From positions 25,134 through 89,133 of the IMG/VR virus record IMGVR_UViG_3300044815_000165: a stretch of 64,000 bases of DNA; one strand, written 5' to 3'. The notes below the pieces were generated by a model that was not told the DNA's origin, searched no databases, and was given only the letters and a program-made list of their open reading frames with translations. The translations under genes were made by a program, and so were the position numbers. The DNA is from a virus. Numbering within the stretch: position 1 is the first letter of the stretch; each line of letters opens with the position of its first letter. Below are positions 20,504-30,073 of the stretch, one piece after another.

Positions 20504-20986
20504 ATGGCTAAGAAGACTCTGTTCACAGTGACGTTGCCGGCGACCGTGTCCGTGCTCGTCGAGGCTGGCGACGAGAAGGATGCCGTGACGGCGGCGATCG
20601 AGAAGGCGAAGGCCATCCTCGGTGCCTCGGCCGGCATCCTCAGCATCGTCGGTGACGCCAAGGCGATCGCCGTCGGCGGTGGTGGCAAGAAGAAGGCGGA
20701 CGACGCCGATGACGAGCCTGCTCCGAAGAAGAAGAAGGCGGTCGTCGAGGAAGAGCCGGAGGAGGAAGAGGAAGAAGAGGAGGAGGAAGAGGAAGAAGAG
20801 GAGGCTCCCAAGAAGAAGAAGAAAGCCGCCGCCGAGGAGGAAGAGGGAGAGGAAGAAGAAGAGGAGGAAGAGGAAGAAGAGGAGGAGGAGGAGCCGGCGC
20901 CCAAGAAGAAGAAGAAGACCGACGACGACGATGACGAGAAGAAGCCGGCGGGTAAGACCAAGATCAAGCTGAAGCTCAAGGGCTGA
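20504..20986 (+). CDS. Low-complexity protein with alternating poly-Glu and poly-Lys blocks
   Basis: AGGAG RBS; three (acidic)n-APKKKK units. Confidence 0.75.
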   Translation: MAKKTLFTVTLPATVSVLVEAGDEKDAVTAAIEKAKAILGASAGILSIVGDAKAIAVGGGGKKKADDADDEPAPKKKKAVVEEEPEEEEEEEEEEEEEEEAPKKKKKAAAEEEEGEEEEEEEEEEEEEEEPAPKKKKKTDDDDDEKKPAGKTKIKLKLKG

Positions 20987-21017
20987 TCTCGACACGTAGG
21001 AAAGCGAGACTCTGAAA

Positions 21018-23270
21018 ATGCGACCGCCGGTAATCTTCGCTGAGACCAACAAGCAAGCTCGGAAGCTCCTCGACGAGGTCTACCGAGAAGCCTACCTCGA
21101 AGGGAAGATTACGGCGGTCGACACCGAGTTCGTGCCCGTCTCGCACGAGCCAGTTCTCATGTCTCTGTCTTGGGGTCGCGGGATCCGCCGCGTCATCCGC
21201 GCCGAGCTGGTGAAGGAACACCTCGCGGAGTGGCTCACCGATCCCGAGACCAAGCTCGCGTGGCAGAACTTCAAGGAGGACGCCGAGACCTGCGAGGCGC
21301 TCGGCATCCCGACTGCAGAGTTGGCGCGGAGCTTCTACATCGACGTCATGGTCGCCGGCGTGCTCCGCGACGAGACGCTGATGAAGCATGGCCTCAAGGC
21401 GCAGATGCTCCACTGGTTGAAGTGGTTCCGCCACGAGTACGGCCAGACGTTCGCCTACGTGCCACCGGGCCTGAAGAAGGCGATCGTCATGGACCCGCGC
21501 CAGGTGATGGATGACCTGCCGGCGGACGCGCTCATCGGCGCCGTCACGAAGTGGGGCAGCGCGAAGGGCGGGCACAAGACCGGCCCACGCACCCTCGAAG
21601 AGTGGATCCAGGCGATGCTGGACTACGCGGGCGACGACGCCGAGGGCACCCAGCTGCTCGCCGTCGACCATCGGAAGTACCTCAAGAAGACCGACTACTG
21701 GGACAAGTACGTCTCGGTCGATCGGCCGTTCACGCTCACCCTCATGCAGTGCGAGAGCGCCGGCGCGTACATCGACCAGCCGATCCTCCGCAAGATCCTC
21801 CGCAAGCAGGAGATCCGCATCCTCCGCGCCGAGCACTGCTTCCGCGCCGCCTCCGGCAACCCGAAGCTGAACCTGCGGTCGGGACCGCAGATGCGGAAGC
21901 TGCTGCTCGAGGAGTGGGAGTGGCCACCGCATCCTGACAACGTGAGCGACAAGACCGGCGAGTCCTCCATGGACAAGGAGGTGCTCACCTGGTGGCTGCA
22001 GAAGCATCACCTCGAGATGGCCGAGGTGAAGATGGCCTTCAACAACGCGAGCACGATGAAGGGCACCTTCCTCCAGGGCCTGCTCGACGGCGTCAGCGAG
22101 GATGGGCGGCTGCGCTCCGACCTCAACCAGATCGGCGCGAAGACCAGCGGTCGGATCTCGTCGCGCAAGTTCGACGTGCTCGTGGAGGAGACGTACATCC
22201 TCAAGCGCACGGGACTCGTCAAGACGCGCATCAAGAAGAAGAAGGCCGGCGCGAACCTCCAGAACATCCCCGCTCGCAAGGAGAAGGACCCGGACGGGAT
22301 CCGCGGCGCGTTCCGCGCACCCAACGCCGGCGAGACCACCGCGCGCGGCACGATCGCGGAGGAGCCGTACAAGCTCCTCATCGCCGACTACGCGGGCTTC
22401 CACCTGATGCTCGTCATCCACTTCTGCTCGAAGCTCACCAAGCAGTCGGCGATGCTGGACGTGATGAAGAAGTACGGCACGCCGAGCGCCGTGCACGTGT
22501 ACACGACGATCCAGATGTTCAAGAACACGAAGCCGCATTTCTGCGACGACTCGTCGTTCTCACCGTGCAAGAAGAACGGGAAGTGGAAGGAGTTCCACGG
22601 GCCGGGCAAGAGCTACTCGCTGAAGGAGTTCACGATGGACGACTGGAAGATGGTGAAGCCCATCTTCCCGGACCAGTACACGTACTCCAAGAACACGAAC
22701 TTCGCGCTCATCTTCCTCGGGTCGCCGTGGACGCTCGCCTACAACACGGGCCGCGATCCCGGCATCGAGGAGCAGCTCGAGGAGTGCAAGCGCCACTACG
22801 ACGATTGGTACGACCTGTACCCGGAGATCCCAGTCTACCAGAACCACATGATCGACCACGGCTACGAGCACGGCTGGGTGCCGACGCTCGGCGGTCGCCG
22901 CGGACACGTGCAGCGCATGCTCGAGGGTCGCGACCGCGCGGGCCGCTACATCGAAGACGAAGAAGCGCGCAAGAAGATGATCAAGCACGGCGAGCGCGTG
23001 TGCACGAACACGCCCGCGCAGGGCAGCGAGGCGGACATCGTCAAGATGGCGCTCAACCTCATCGCCAACAGCCCGAAGCTGAAGAAGCTCCGCGTGGAGC
23101 CGCTGTTCCCGGTCCACGACGAGGTCGTCTGCGAGGGTCCCGAGAGCACGAGCGTGCCGGGTCTCGAGGAGCAGATCCGGTTGATGAAGATCCCGTACCG
23201 CGAGCTGATGGATTTCGAGTTGACGGTCGAAGGCGGCATCGGTTCCGACTGGCTTTCCGGTAAACCATGA
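21018..23270 (+). CDS. Family A DNA polymerase with 3'-5' exonuclease domain
   Basis: Exo motifs AVDTE and YAGDDA; polymerase motifs GRISS..NLQNIP, ADY (motif A), KxxNF (motif B), QGSEADIVK, VHDE. Confidence 0.93.
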   Translation: MRPPVIFAETNKQARKLLDEVYREAYLEGKITAVDTEFVPVSHEPVLMSLSWGRGIRRVIRAELVKEHLAEWLTDPETKLAWQNFKEDAETCEALGIPTAELARSFYIDVMVAGVLRDETLMKHGLKAQMLHWLKWFRHEYGQTFAYVPPGLKKAIVMDPRQVMDDLPADALIGAVTKWGSAKGGHKTGPRTLEEWIQAMLDYAGDDAEGTQLLAVDHRKYLKKTDYWDKYVSVDRPFTLTLMQCESAGAYIDQPILRKILRKQEIRILRAEHCFRAASGNPKLNLRSGPQMRKLLLEEWEWPPHPDNVSDKTGESSMDKEVLTWWLQKHHLEMAEVKMAFNNASTMKGTFLQGLLDGVSEDGRLRSDLNQIGAKTSGRISSRKFDVLVEETYILKRTGLVKTRIKKKKAGANLQNIPARKEKDPDGIRGAFRAPNAGETTARGTIAEEPYKLLIADYAGFHLMLVIHFCSKLTKQSAMLDVMKKYGTPSAVHVYTTIQMFKNTKPHFCDDSSFSPCKKNGKWKEFHGPGKSYSLKEFTMDDWKMVKPIFPDQYTYSKNTNFALIFLGSPWTLAYNTGRDPGIEEQLEECKRHYDDWYDLYPEIPVYQNHMIDHGYEHGWVPTLGGRRGHVQRMLEGRDRAGRYIEDEEARKKMIKHGERVCTNTPAQGSEADIVKMALNLIANSPKLKKLRVEPLFPVHDEVVCEGPESTSVPGLEEQIRLMKIPYRELMDFELTVEGGIGSDWLSGKP

Positions 23271-23529
23271 AGTACAATGTATCCATCAGAGGAGATGTAA
23301 TGCCATCATTCCAAAAATTCCTCCTCATCTTCGGCACGTCGGAACTGATCATGAGCGCCGCGCACTGGGTCATGAACAACCAGCCGCTCGCGATCATCCA
23401 CGGGGCGCTCGCTACCATGTCCGGCTTGGGAGCCGCCGCCATCCGCGCGAAGTTGCATCGGGATCGTGAAGAGATCCCGGCTGCGCGCGTCGTGTCAGAC
23501 GGGCGGCGTATCGTCTCGGAGAAGAAGTG

Positions 23530-23979
23530 ATGTTCTGGGAACGCCGCACCACCGGACCGATCAAGGCGATCCACCCGGCGACCAAGAAGATCATCGAGGT
23601 CGACCCGCAGAAGGACGCCCGCATCGGGTCGGACCTCGACGCCGAGCTGCGCCGCCTCCCGGCCGTCCTGAGCTGGTACCTCTCGCTGCGCGACACCGCC
23701 GAGGAGCACCTCCGCAACATGCGCCACGAGGAGCACAACGCGGAGGAGGACCTCTACGAGGAGATGCGCGCGAACTCGCCGAAGGGCACCGAGACGTCCA
23801 TCAAGATGTCCGTGAAGAAGCACCCGCGCATGCGCAAGGCGTTCCGCGCCCGCATGGACGCGCAGGACATGCACCAGAAGCTGAAGAGCCAGGTCGGCGC
23901 GATCGAGGAGAAGCGCTGGTCGCTGATGGGGCTCGTGAAGTCCGCGCTGATGGAGCGCGGCACCAGAGACAACGCCTGA
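23530..23979 (+). CDS. UvsY-like recombination mediator
   Basis: Helical about 150 aa, pattern E....P....W....TE..I...A.E.KR..L; sits next to SSB and RecA. Confidence 0.55.
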   Translation: MFWERRTTGPIKAIHPATKKIIEVDPQKDARIGSDLDAELRRLPAVLSWYLSLRDTAEEHLRNMRHEEHNAEEDLYEEMRANSPKGTETSIKMSVKKHPRMRKAFRARMDAQDMHQKLKSQVGAIEEKRWSLMGLVKSALMERGTRDNA

Positions 23980-24039
23980 TCTGAGAGCCAATTCTGGCCT
24001 GACGATCTTGAACACACCTGAACGACCGAGGAGCTACCG

Positions 24040-24951
24040 ATGACGGACAAGAGCAAGAACACCGACAAGAAGAAGAGCACCGAAGACCTCGACGACATGC
24101 GCGAGGCGTTCCGCAAGCACAAGGAGCGCGCCGCGGGCGGCGGCGGTAAGAACGACTGGGACAAGCTCGGCGACGGCAAGAACATGCGCCGCGTCCTCCC
24201 GCGTCCGGGCGAGCGGAAGTTCTACACGGAGGGCTGGACGCACTTCAACGTCGGCCCGAACAACCGCGCGATGCGCTGCATCGACGAGGCGAACATCGAC
24301 GACGAGCGCGGGCTCCCCAAGTCGGAGACGAAGTGCCCGCTGTGCAAGAAGTTCCTCCGCGAGCAGTCGCGCATCAACAGCGAGTACAAGAAGGGCGACA
24401 AGGACGGGCACGCGGAGTGGAAGGTCGCGAAGGACAAGTACGTCCCGCGGCACCAGTTCTACGCGAACGTGCTCGTGCCCGGTGACGACGACGAGGGCGA
24501 CGTCGAGATCAAGATCCTCGCGTTCGGTCCGCAGGTGTGGAGCCAGCTGATGAACTTCTACCTCGGCGACGACACCTCGATCGGCGACTTCACCAAGCCG
24601 AAGAGCGGCCGGTGGATGAACATCAAGAAGGAGAAGAAGGGCGGACGCGACCGCCGCAACATCGAGTACAAGGTGTACCCGGCGAGCGACTCCGACGACA
24701 TCTCTGAGGCGTGGGACGCGATCCTCGCTGGCCTCCACGACCTCGACGCCGCGGTCGGCAAGGCGTCGTCCAAGGACGAGATGATCGCCGTGATGAAGGG
24801 CGTCGACCTCAACAAGGGCTCCGACGACGACAGCGGCGACGACGAGAGCAGCGGCAAGAAGAAGAGCCGGGACGATGACGACGAGGAAGAGGAGCGTCCC
24901 TCCAAGAAGTCGAAGCTCGGCTCGAAGATGAAGCGCCGCGACGACGACTGA
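24040..24951 (+). CDS. gp32-like single-stranded DNA-binding protein
   Basis: RVLP, H..C..CPLC Zn site, FYANV, charged tail; GAGGAG RBS. Confidence 0.75.
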   Translation: MTDKSKNTDKKKSTEDLDDMREAFRKHKERAAGGGGKNDWDKLGDGKNMRRVLPRPGERKFYTEGWTHFNVGPNNRAMRCIDEANIDDERGLPKSETKCPLCKKFLREQSRINSEYKKGDKDGHAEWKVAKDKYVPRHQFYANVLVPGDDDEGDVEIKILAFGPQVWSQLMNFYLGDDTSIGDFTKPKSGRWMNIKKEKKGGRDRRNIEYKVYPASDSDDISEAWDAILAGLHDLDAAVGKASSKDEMIAVMKGVDLNKGSDDDSGDDESSGKKKSRDDDDEEEERPSKKSKLGSKMKRRDDD

Positions 24952-24956
24952 AGACC

Positions 24957-25107
24957 GTTGAGATGGCGGAAGTAGGTAGACGCGCCAGCCTAGACGTGAC
25001 CCGATAACGGGCGCGTCGAAGCGGGTGTCTGGTAGCCAACGGGTTGCGCTGCAGCCGCGCTCGTTGCGTTCGCATCGGACTTGCTGGTTCGAGTCCAGCT
25101 CTCAACA
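24957..25107 (+). ncRNA. Expanded tRNA-like RNA (Leu/Ser-type scaffold, 151 nt)
   Basis: Acceptor GTTGAGA/TCTCAAC+A, D-arm GGCGGAAGTAGGTAGACGC, T-arm GCTGG-TTCGAGT-CCAGC; oversized interior. Confidence 0.75.
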
Positions 25108-25116
25108 CGAGGACAC

Positions 25117-26193
25117 ATGCCGAAGAAGCAAGACAAAGACAGAGCCCACGAGATCCGCGTTATGCGATCGACGCACAGCGAGATCACACGCATCAACGCG
25201 AAGGCAGACGTGCTTCTCAAGAACGTCATCGACCTCGGCGTTGTCCGTCCTCCTCCGAAGATCGACAAGGAGAAGGAGAAGAAGCTCACCAAGCTCTTCG
25301 CGAAGCTCAAGAAGAAGTACGACGATGTCGACGTGGTGACCACGATCGCCAACGGCTCGCGGAGCGCCACCAAGATCAGCACCATCCCGTCCGGGTGGCA
25401 GGAGATGGACGACCTCATCACCGGCGAGACCGACTCCGAGGCGCGCACCATCCCGGGCACGGGGCTCGGCTGGCCGCGCGGGCGGATCATCGAGGTCTAC
25501 GGCGACGAGGGTGTCGGCAAGACGTCCCTCTCGCTGCAGATCATCGCGGCGTTCCAGAAGGCTGGCGAGGAAGTCGCGTTCGTCGACGCCGAGCACTCGC
25601 TCGACGTCCGCTACGCGAAGAAGCTCGGTGTCGACCTGACGCGGCTCAAGATCGCGCAACCGGACGACGGCGGCGAGCGCGCCCTCTCCGTGGTTGCCGA
25701 GCTGTGCGAGAGCGGGCTGTTCGGCTGCATCGTGGTCGACTCGGTGGCCGCGCTCACGCCGGCGTCCGAGCTGGAGGCCGACTTCGAGGACACCATGCAG
25801 CCGGCGCGGCAGGCCGCGCTGATGTCGCGCGCGCTGCGCAAGCTCTCCGGCATCGTCTCGAAGAGCAACACGCTGCTCGTCTTCACGAACCAGCAGCGCA
25901 TCAAGATTGGTGTCCGGTTCGGCAACCCGAAGACGACGCCGGGCGGGCAGGCGCTGAAGTTCTACGCGTCGATCCGCATCGAGCTGGTGATGATCAAGAC
26001 CGTCCGCAAGGGCGACCGTGTCGTCCTGCGCCGCACGCGCGTGCGCACCGTCAAGAACAAGGTGGCGCCGCCGTTCCGCGACGTGTTCGTCGACGTCGTC
26101 CCGAACCAGGGCTTCGCCGCGGTGTACTCGGATCCCGACTTCGGCGGGAAGAGCACCAAGAAGAAAGACGAGGACGACGATGGCGGCGAGTAA
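25117..26193 (+). CDS. recA: RecA/UvsX-like recombinase
   Basis: GWPRGRIIEVYG, GVGKT, DAEH, VVDSVAAL, TTPGGQALKFYASIR, KNKVAPPF. Confidence 0.95.
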   Translation: MPKKQDKDRAHEIRVMRSTHSEITRINAKADVLLKNVIDLGVVRPPPKIDKEKEKKLTKLFAKLKKKYDDVDVVTTIANGSRSATKISTIPSGWQEMDDLITGETDSEARTIPGTGLGWPRGRIIEVYGDEGVGKTSLSLQIIAAFQKAGEEVAFVDAEHSLDVRYAKKLGVDLTRLKIAQPDDGGERALSVVAELCESGLFGCIVVDSVAALTPASELEADFEDTMQPARQAALMSRALRKLSGIVSKSNTLLVFTNQQRIKIGVRFGNPKTTPGGQALKFYASIRIELVMIKTVRKGDRVVLRRTRVRTVKNKVAPPFRDVFVDVVPNQGFAAVYSDPDFGGKSTKKKDEDDDGGE

Positions 26194-26475
26194 CAGCATC
26201 GCGGCGCTCTGCGGGAAGACGGCACACGTCATCGTGTCGCGCATCGCGTGCGAGGCGTGCCAGGAGAACACGGCGCGCTACATCTCGATCGATGACGAGG
26301 CCATCGCATTCACGTGCGGCACGTGCCCGGTCAAGCACGGCTGGGAGTCGATCAGGATCTCCGACCTCGCGCCGCTGTTCGATGTCGTCATCAAGCTAGT
26401 TCGCGCCGAGCGCGTGACGGCACTCGGCAGCTCAGCTGCGATCGACGAGTTGCGATCGATCCTCGGGAGGAAGCC

Positions 26476-26730
26476 ATGAGCGCGCTGAAGATCGGCGACA
26501 TCGTTCATCTCAAGTCGGGTAGCGGCATGATGACGGTCGAGAACATCCACCACCAGGAAACGCAGATCGACGTCGTGTGGTGCTCGTCTTCGCGCGGACT
26601 CGAGCGCGCCACGTTGCCTATCGCGTGCATCAAAGAAGGTGCGATGCACGATCGCCTCAACAAGGACGGCGTTCCTCCGCCACGACCACGTCGATCCAAA
26701 CCGGATTACGGAGACAACGGCGAGAAGTGA
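26476..26730 (+). CDS. DUF2158/YodC-like protein
   Basis: KIGDIVHLKSG..MTV; GGAGG RBS. Confidence 0.6.
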   Translation: MSALKIGDIVHLKSGSGMMTVENIHHQETQIDVVWCSSSRGLERATLPIACIKEGAMHDRLNKDGVPPPRPRRSKPDYGDNGEK

Positions 26731-26743
26731 TAGGTTCCGCTCC

Positions 26744-27265
26744 ATGCTCAACCTGATCATCGCCTGGCTCGTCAGCAGCATCGTCTCAACACGCGCGCAG
26801 AGCCTCCCTGACGTCGAGCCTCCGCGGCTCGCGAGGTTCCTGACGGCGCTGCAGCACGAAGCGGTGGACGACGTCCCGACGTCGCTCGTCGTGTACCTCG
26901 CGTGGGCGGAGTCGCGGTTCGATCCCGACGCGAAGCCCGGGTGCGGCGTGCTGCAGGTGTTCCCGCGCGACATCTACCAGCCACCGAGCCGGTGCAAGCT
27001 GTGGCGCTCCGACCAGCGCCTCGCGATCCGTGCCGGTGTGCGTGAGCTGCGGATGCTCATGAGCGAGCCGCGCGTGCACGGCGACCTGTGGATCGCCCTG
27101 ATGTACCGCGCGTGCGGCAACGTCTACTTCGATGGTGCGTGTGATGCGGCTAAGAGTCGGTGGGTGGAGTTCGCCCTGCGCGGCGCATGGATGCTGAACC
27201 CGCTCAGCCTGGACGTCGCGACGGCGTTGCTCCGCGCCTCGCTCGAGAAGGTGAGGGAGTCGTGA
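26744..27265 (+). CDS. SLT-like lytic transglycosylase with N-terminal signal/anchor
   Basis: AWAESRFDPDA (catalytic Glu), GVLQV; hydrophobic N-terminus. Confidence 0.65.
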   Translation: MLNLIIAWLVSSIVSTRAQSLPDVEPPRLARFLTALQHEAVDDVPTSLVVYLAWAESRFDPDAKPGCGVLQVFPRDIYQPPSRCKLWRSDQRLAIRAGVRELRMLMSEPRVHGDLWIALMYRACGNVYFDGACDAAKSRWVEFALRGAWMLNPLSLDVATALLRASLEKVRES

Positions 27266-27537
27266 GGCACCTCGGCATCACCGACAGCGAGATCATCGAG
27301 GCGATCGGCTTCGAGCTTACGGGACGCGCCTCGCCCTCGTACAGCAGCCAGGTGGGTGTGCTCGAGGTCGTCTTCAAGGCCGCGCCGAACATGATCTACC
27401 GCTACGAGGACGTCACGGTCGACGACTTCGTTGCGCTCGTCACGTCCGATCGCATCGGTAAGCTGTTCATCGAGAAGTTCAAGAAGACGAAGCACCCGTT
27501 CGTGAAGAGCGAACGCCCGCTGCTCAAGAAGGCATGA
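27262..27537 (+). CDS. KTSC domain protein
   Basis: S..I..IG...LEVVF...YRYEDV....S.IGK.F. Confidence 0.7.
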   Translation: MRHLGITDSEIIEAIGFELTGRASPSYSSQVGVLEVVFKAAPNMIYRYEDVTVDDFVALVTSDRIGKLFIEKFKKTKHPFVKSERPLLKKA

Positions 27538-27760
27538 AGCCGACGCGCGAAGCCACCGTGAACGCGAACCAGCTCGCCGAGCTGCGTTGGTTGGTTGGAT
27601 CGGAGACGCCGAAGTCGGCGGCAGCTGCGAAAGCTCTCCACCGTCGTGGTCTCGTCTACGTCGTCGACCAATGCGGAGCTGGCTGCTGTCGGCGTTATCG
27701 GCTGACAGAATTCGGTCGTCACTTCTATCGATTCACGAAGGAGATCTCCGCACCGTTGCT

Positions 27761-27791
27761 GTTGACATTGTCAACGCTAACGTAGTAGTAT
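27761..27791 (+). promoter_or_regulatory. Promoter with palindromic operator
   Basis: GTTGACATTGTCAAC; TTGACA-18bp-TAGTAT. Confidence 0.8.
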
Positions 27792-28010
27792 CCGCTTTGT
27801 CATGAACGTCTACAAGGTCACGTACGATTTACGGACCTCCGAGGGATGGCTGGGCGGAGCTGGCGCGCTCGACAGCGTCAACGTCCTCTCGAGAGGAGAC
27901 GTCTTGGATGCCTGTACCAAGATCCAAAAGCGTCTCGTCAAATCCAAGCGATTCGGCGCCGTGCTCGAGGTGATGATCATGTCCGTCGAGTGCCTCGCCC
28001 GAGGTGCCGT

Positions 28011-29138
28011 TTGAAAATCATCATCTTCTCCGACCTGCACGTTCACGCGTGGGGTGAGCACGCGCGAGACGTCGGCGGCGTGCCCTCTCGACTCGACCAC
28101 TGCGTCAGCGTCTTGCGGCAGATCCGCGAGTACGCTACCAAGCACGAGATCACGAACGTCTTGTTCGGTGGGGATCTCTTCCACAAGCGCGGCGTGCTCT
28201 ACACGCTCCCCTACAACCTCGTGGTCGCCGAGCTGGCGCGGTGGCGCGACGCTGGGCTGCAGCTCTACGCGAACGTCGGCAACCACGACGCGGCCGATCG
28301 CCTCGCGAAGGTCCACGCGCTCTCCGCGCTCGAGAGCGCCGGCCTGCTGAAGACGGTCGGAGCCGACGGGTGGACGAACTGGATCCTAGAAGACGCCGTG
28401 GACAATTCTGATCTCGACGTGCTCGTGACGGCGGTCGCGTACTGCTCGGAGGCAGCCGAGCTGCGCCGGCGGACGGACGTCGCCCTCTCCGAGATCGATA
28501 ACCGCGACATCCTCAAGCGCTGCGGGTTCACCATCGGGCTGTTCCATCACGGGTTCCACGGCGCGCGCGTCGGCACCTCGCTGGAGTACGTGGTGAAGGA
28601 GGACGCCGACCCGGACGAGTACGCGAAGTCGTTCGACGTGATGTACAGCGGTCACTACCACGCGCACCAGGAGGTCGGCGTGGCCGGCAACGCCTGGTAC
28701 GTGGGATCGCCGATGGAGTTCGTGCGCGGCGAGACGTCGCCGAAGGGTTTCATCGTGCTCGACACGCGGGAGGCCGAGTTCGAGCGCATCACCCTCGACC
28801 TGCCGCGCTTCGTGAAGCTCACGCGCGCGGAGATCATCGACAAGGCGTTCGACATGGCGGCGCACGTGAAGGGGAACTTCGTCGACGTCGTGTTCGACGA
28901 GCTGCCGATGTCGTGGGAGGCGATCGACGGCGTGCTCACCAAGCTCGGCGCCGCCGGCGTCAAGGCGTGCCCGACGCGCGCGGAAGAGACGTCGAGCAGC
29001 ACGCGGCTGAAGCTCGACCTCTCGCTCGGCGACAAGCACCTCCTGGAGCAGTACATGAGCCACGTCGAAGTCGATGAACCGAACCGCGCTGAACTGCTGC
29101 AGGTCGGGCTCTCGCTGATCGAGGAAGCCTCCAAGTGA
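28011..29138 (+). CDS. SbcD/Mre11-like nuclease
   Basis: FSDLH, GGDLFH, GNHD, GHYH, YVGSP. Confidence 0.92.
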   Translation: MKIIIFSDLHVHAWGEHARDVGGVPSRLDHCVSVLRQIREYATKHEITNVLFGGDLFHKRGVLYTLPYNLVVAELARWRDAGLQLYANVGNHDAADRLAKVHALSALESAGLLKTVGADGWTNWILEDAVDNSDLDVLVTAVAYCSEAAELRRRTDVALSEIDNRDILKRCGFTIGLFHHGFHGARVGTSLEYVVKEDADPDEYAKSFDVMYSGHYHAHQEVGVAGNAWYVGSPMEFVRGETSPKGFIVLDTREAEFERITLDLPRFVKLTRAEIIDKAFDMAAHVKGNFVDVVFDELPMSWEAIDGVLTKLGAAGVKACPTRAEETSSSTRLKLDLSLGDKHLLEQYMSHVEVDEPNRAELLQVGLSLIEEASK

Positions 29139-29347
29139 GCGGACGCGTGAAGCTGTCACCGCTCGGCAGGGCGATGCTGGCGATCGAGGCGATGGCATCG
29201 GTCCTGCCGCCACACCTCGTCGGGCTCAAGCGCGAACTCAACGAGGTGCTCGGTCTGCTGCAGGAGACCGCGCTCGGCATCGACACAAGCGACAAGCCGG
29301 CGAAGAAGACGATCACCAAGAAGCGGAAGAAGAAAGGTACCAAGTAG

Positions 29348-30073
29348 ATGGCGTACAAGAGCAAGCGACTCCTGCTGGAGGCTGTCACCAAGGAGATGGA
29401 TGCGATCCGCAAGCTGCTCACGCAGCTCGGCACCGACGTGGTGAACAACGCGCAGTTCATGATGTCGCAGCGCGTGAGCGACGCGCAGGAGTCGCTGAAT
29501 GACTTGCGCAAGCTGTTCGACGAGGTCACCGAGCGGCTCGAGAAGCCATCGATCAACGATCTCGAAAACATGGAGCCGTCCGACTACGTCACCACCATGA
29601 TGCCGCTGGTGACCCAGTACCACCGGCGGCTCATGATCGCGGACCGCCTCACCTCGTGCATCTGCACCGATCTCGGCGCGGCGGGTGCGGTCATCATCTT
29701 GATCGGCGAGGGCTCCACCTCCGTCAAGACCGCGTACGACCCTGCACGCCCGGACGTCGCACTGGCGATCGAGGCGATCCTAGCCGCGCTCGACAACAAC
29801 ACGAAGCAGGTCCTCACGGAGGGCGTCGCCGAGGCTGAGAAGCAGTTCGGGATCGCCGACTATCCGGTGAGCGAGATCCCGGAGGACTCCGACCTGCGCA
29901 TTCGCTACGGCGACCCGATCCAGGAGCAGGACCTCGAGCGCAACCGGAAGGCTGCGTTCGTCATCAACGCGAGCAACGTAGTCATCAAGGATCGCAACGG
30001 TCCGACGCCGCGTGGCGCTACCGAGGAGGAGATCGACAGCTGTCTCCTCGTCAAGGAACCCGGCGACGAGTGA
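29348..30073 (+). CDS. Hypothetical protein
   Basis: 241 aa, high GC3, within the operon. Confidence 0.6.
   Translation: MAYKSKRLLLEAVTKEMDAIRKLLTQLGTDVVNNAQFMMSQRVSDAQESLNDLRKLFDEVTERLEKPSINDLENMEPSDYVTTMMPLVTQYHRRLMIADRLTSCICTDLGAAGAVIILIGEGSTSVKTAYDPARPDVALAIEAILAALDNNTKQVLTEGVAEAEKQFGIADYPVSEIPEDSDLRIRYGDPIQEQDLERNRKAAFVINASNVVIKDRNGPTPRGATEEEIDSCLLVKEPGDE

Noticed and set aside
20740-20900. GAG/GAA purine tract as a microsatellite or regulatory element
   Set aside because: Explained by poly-Glu coding with mixed synonymous codons
24957-25107. tmRNA or intron-containing tRNA
   Set aside because: Lacks the tmRNA GGGG 5' end, the G3-U pair and a tag ORF. The inserts are far too short for self-splicing introns
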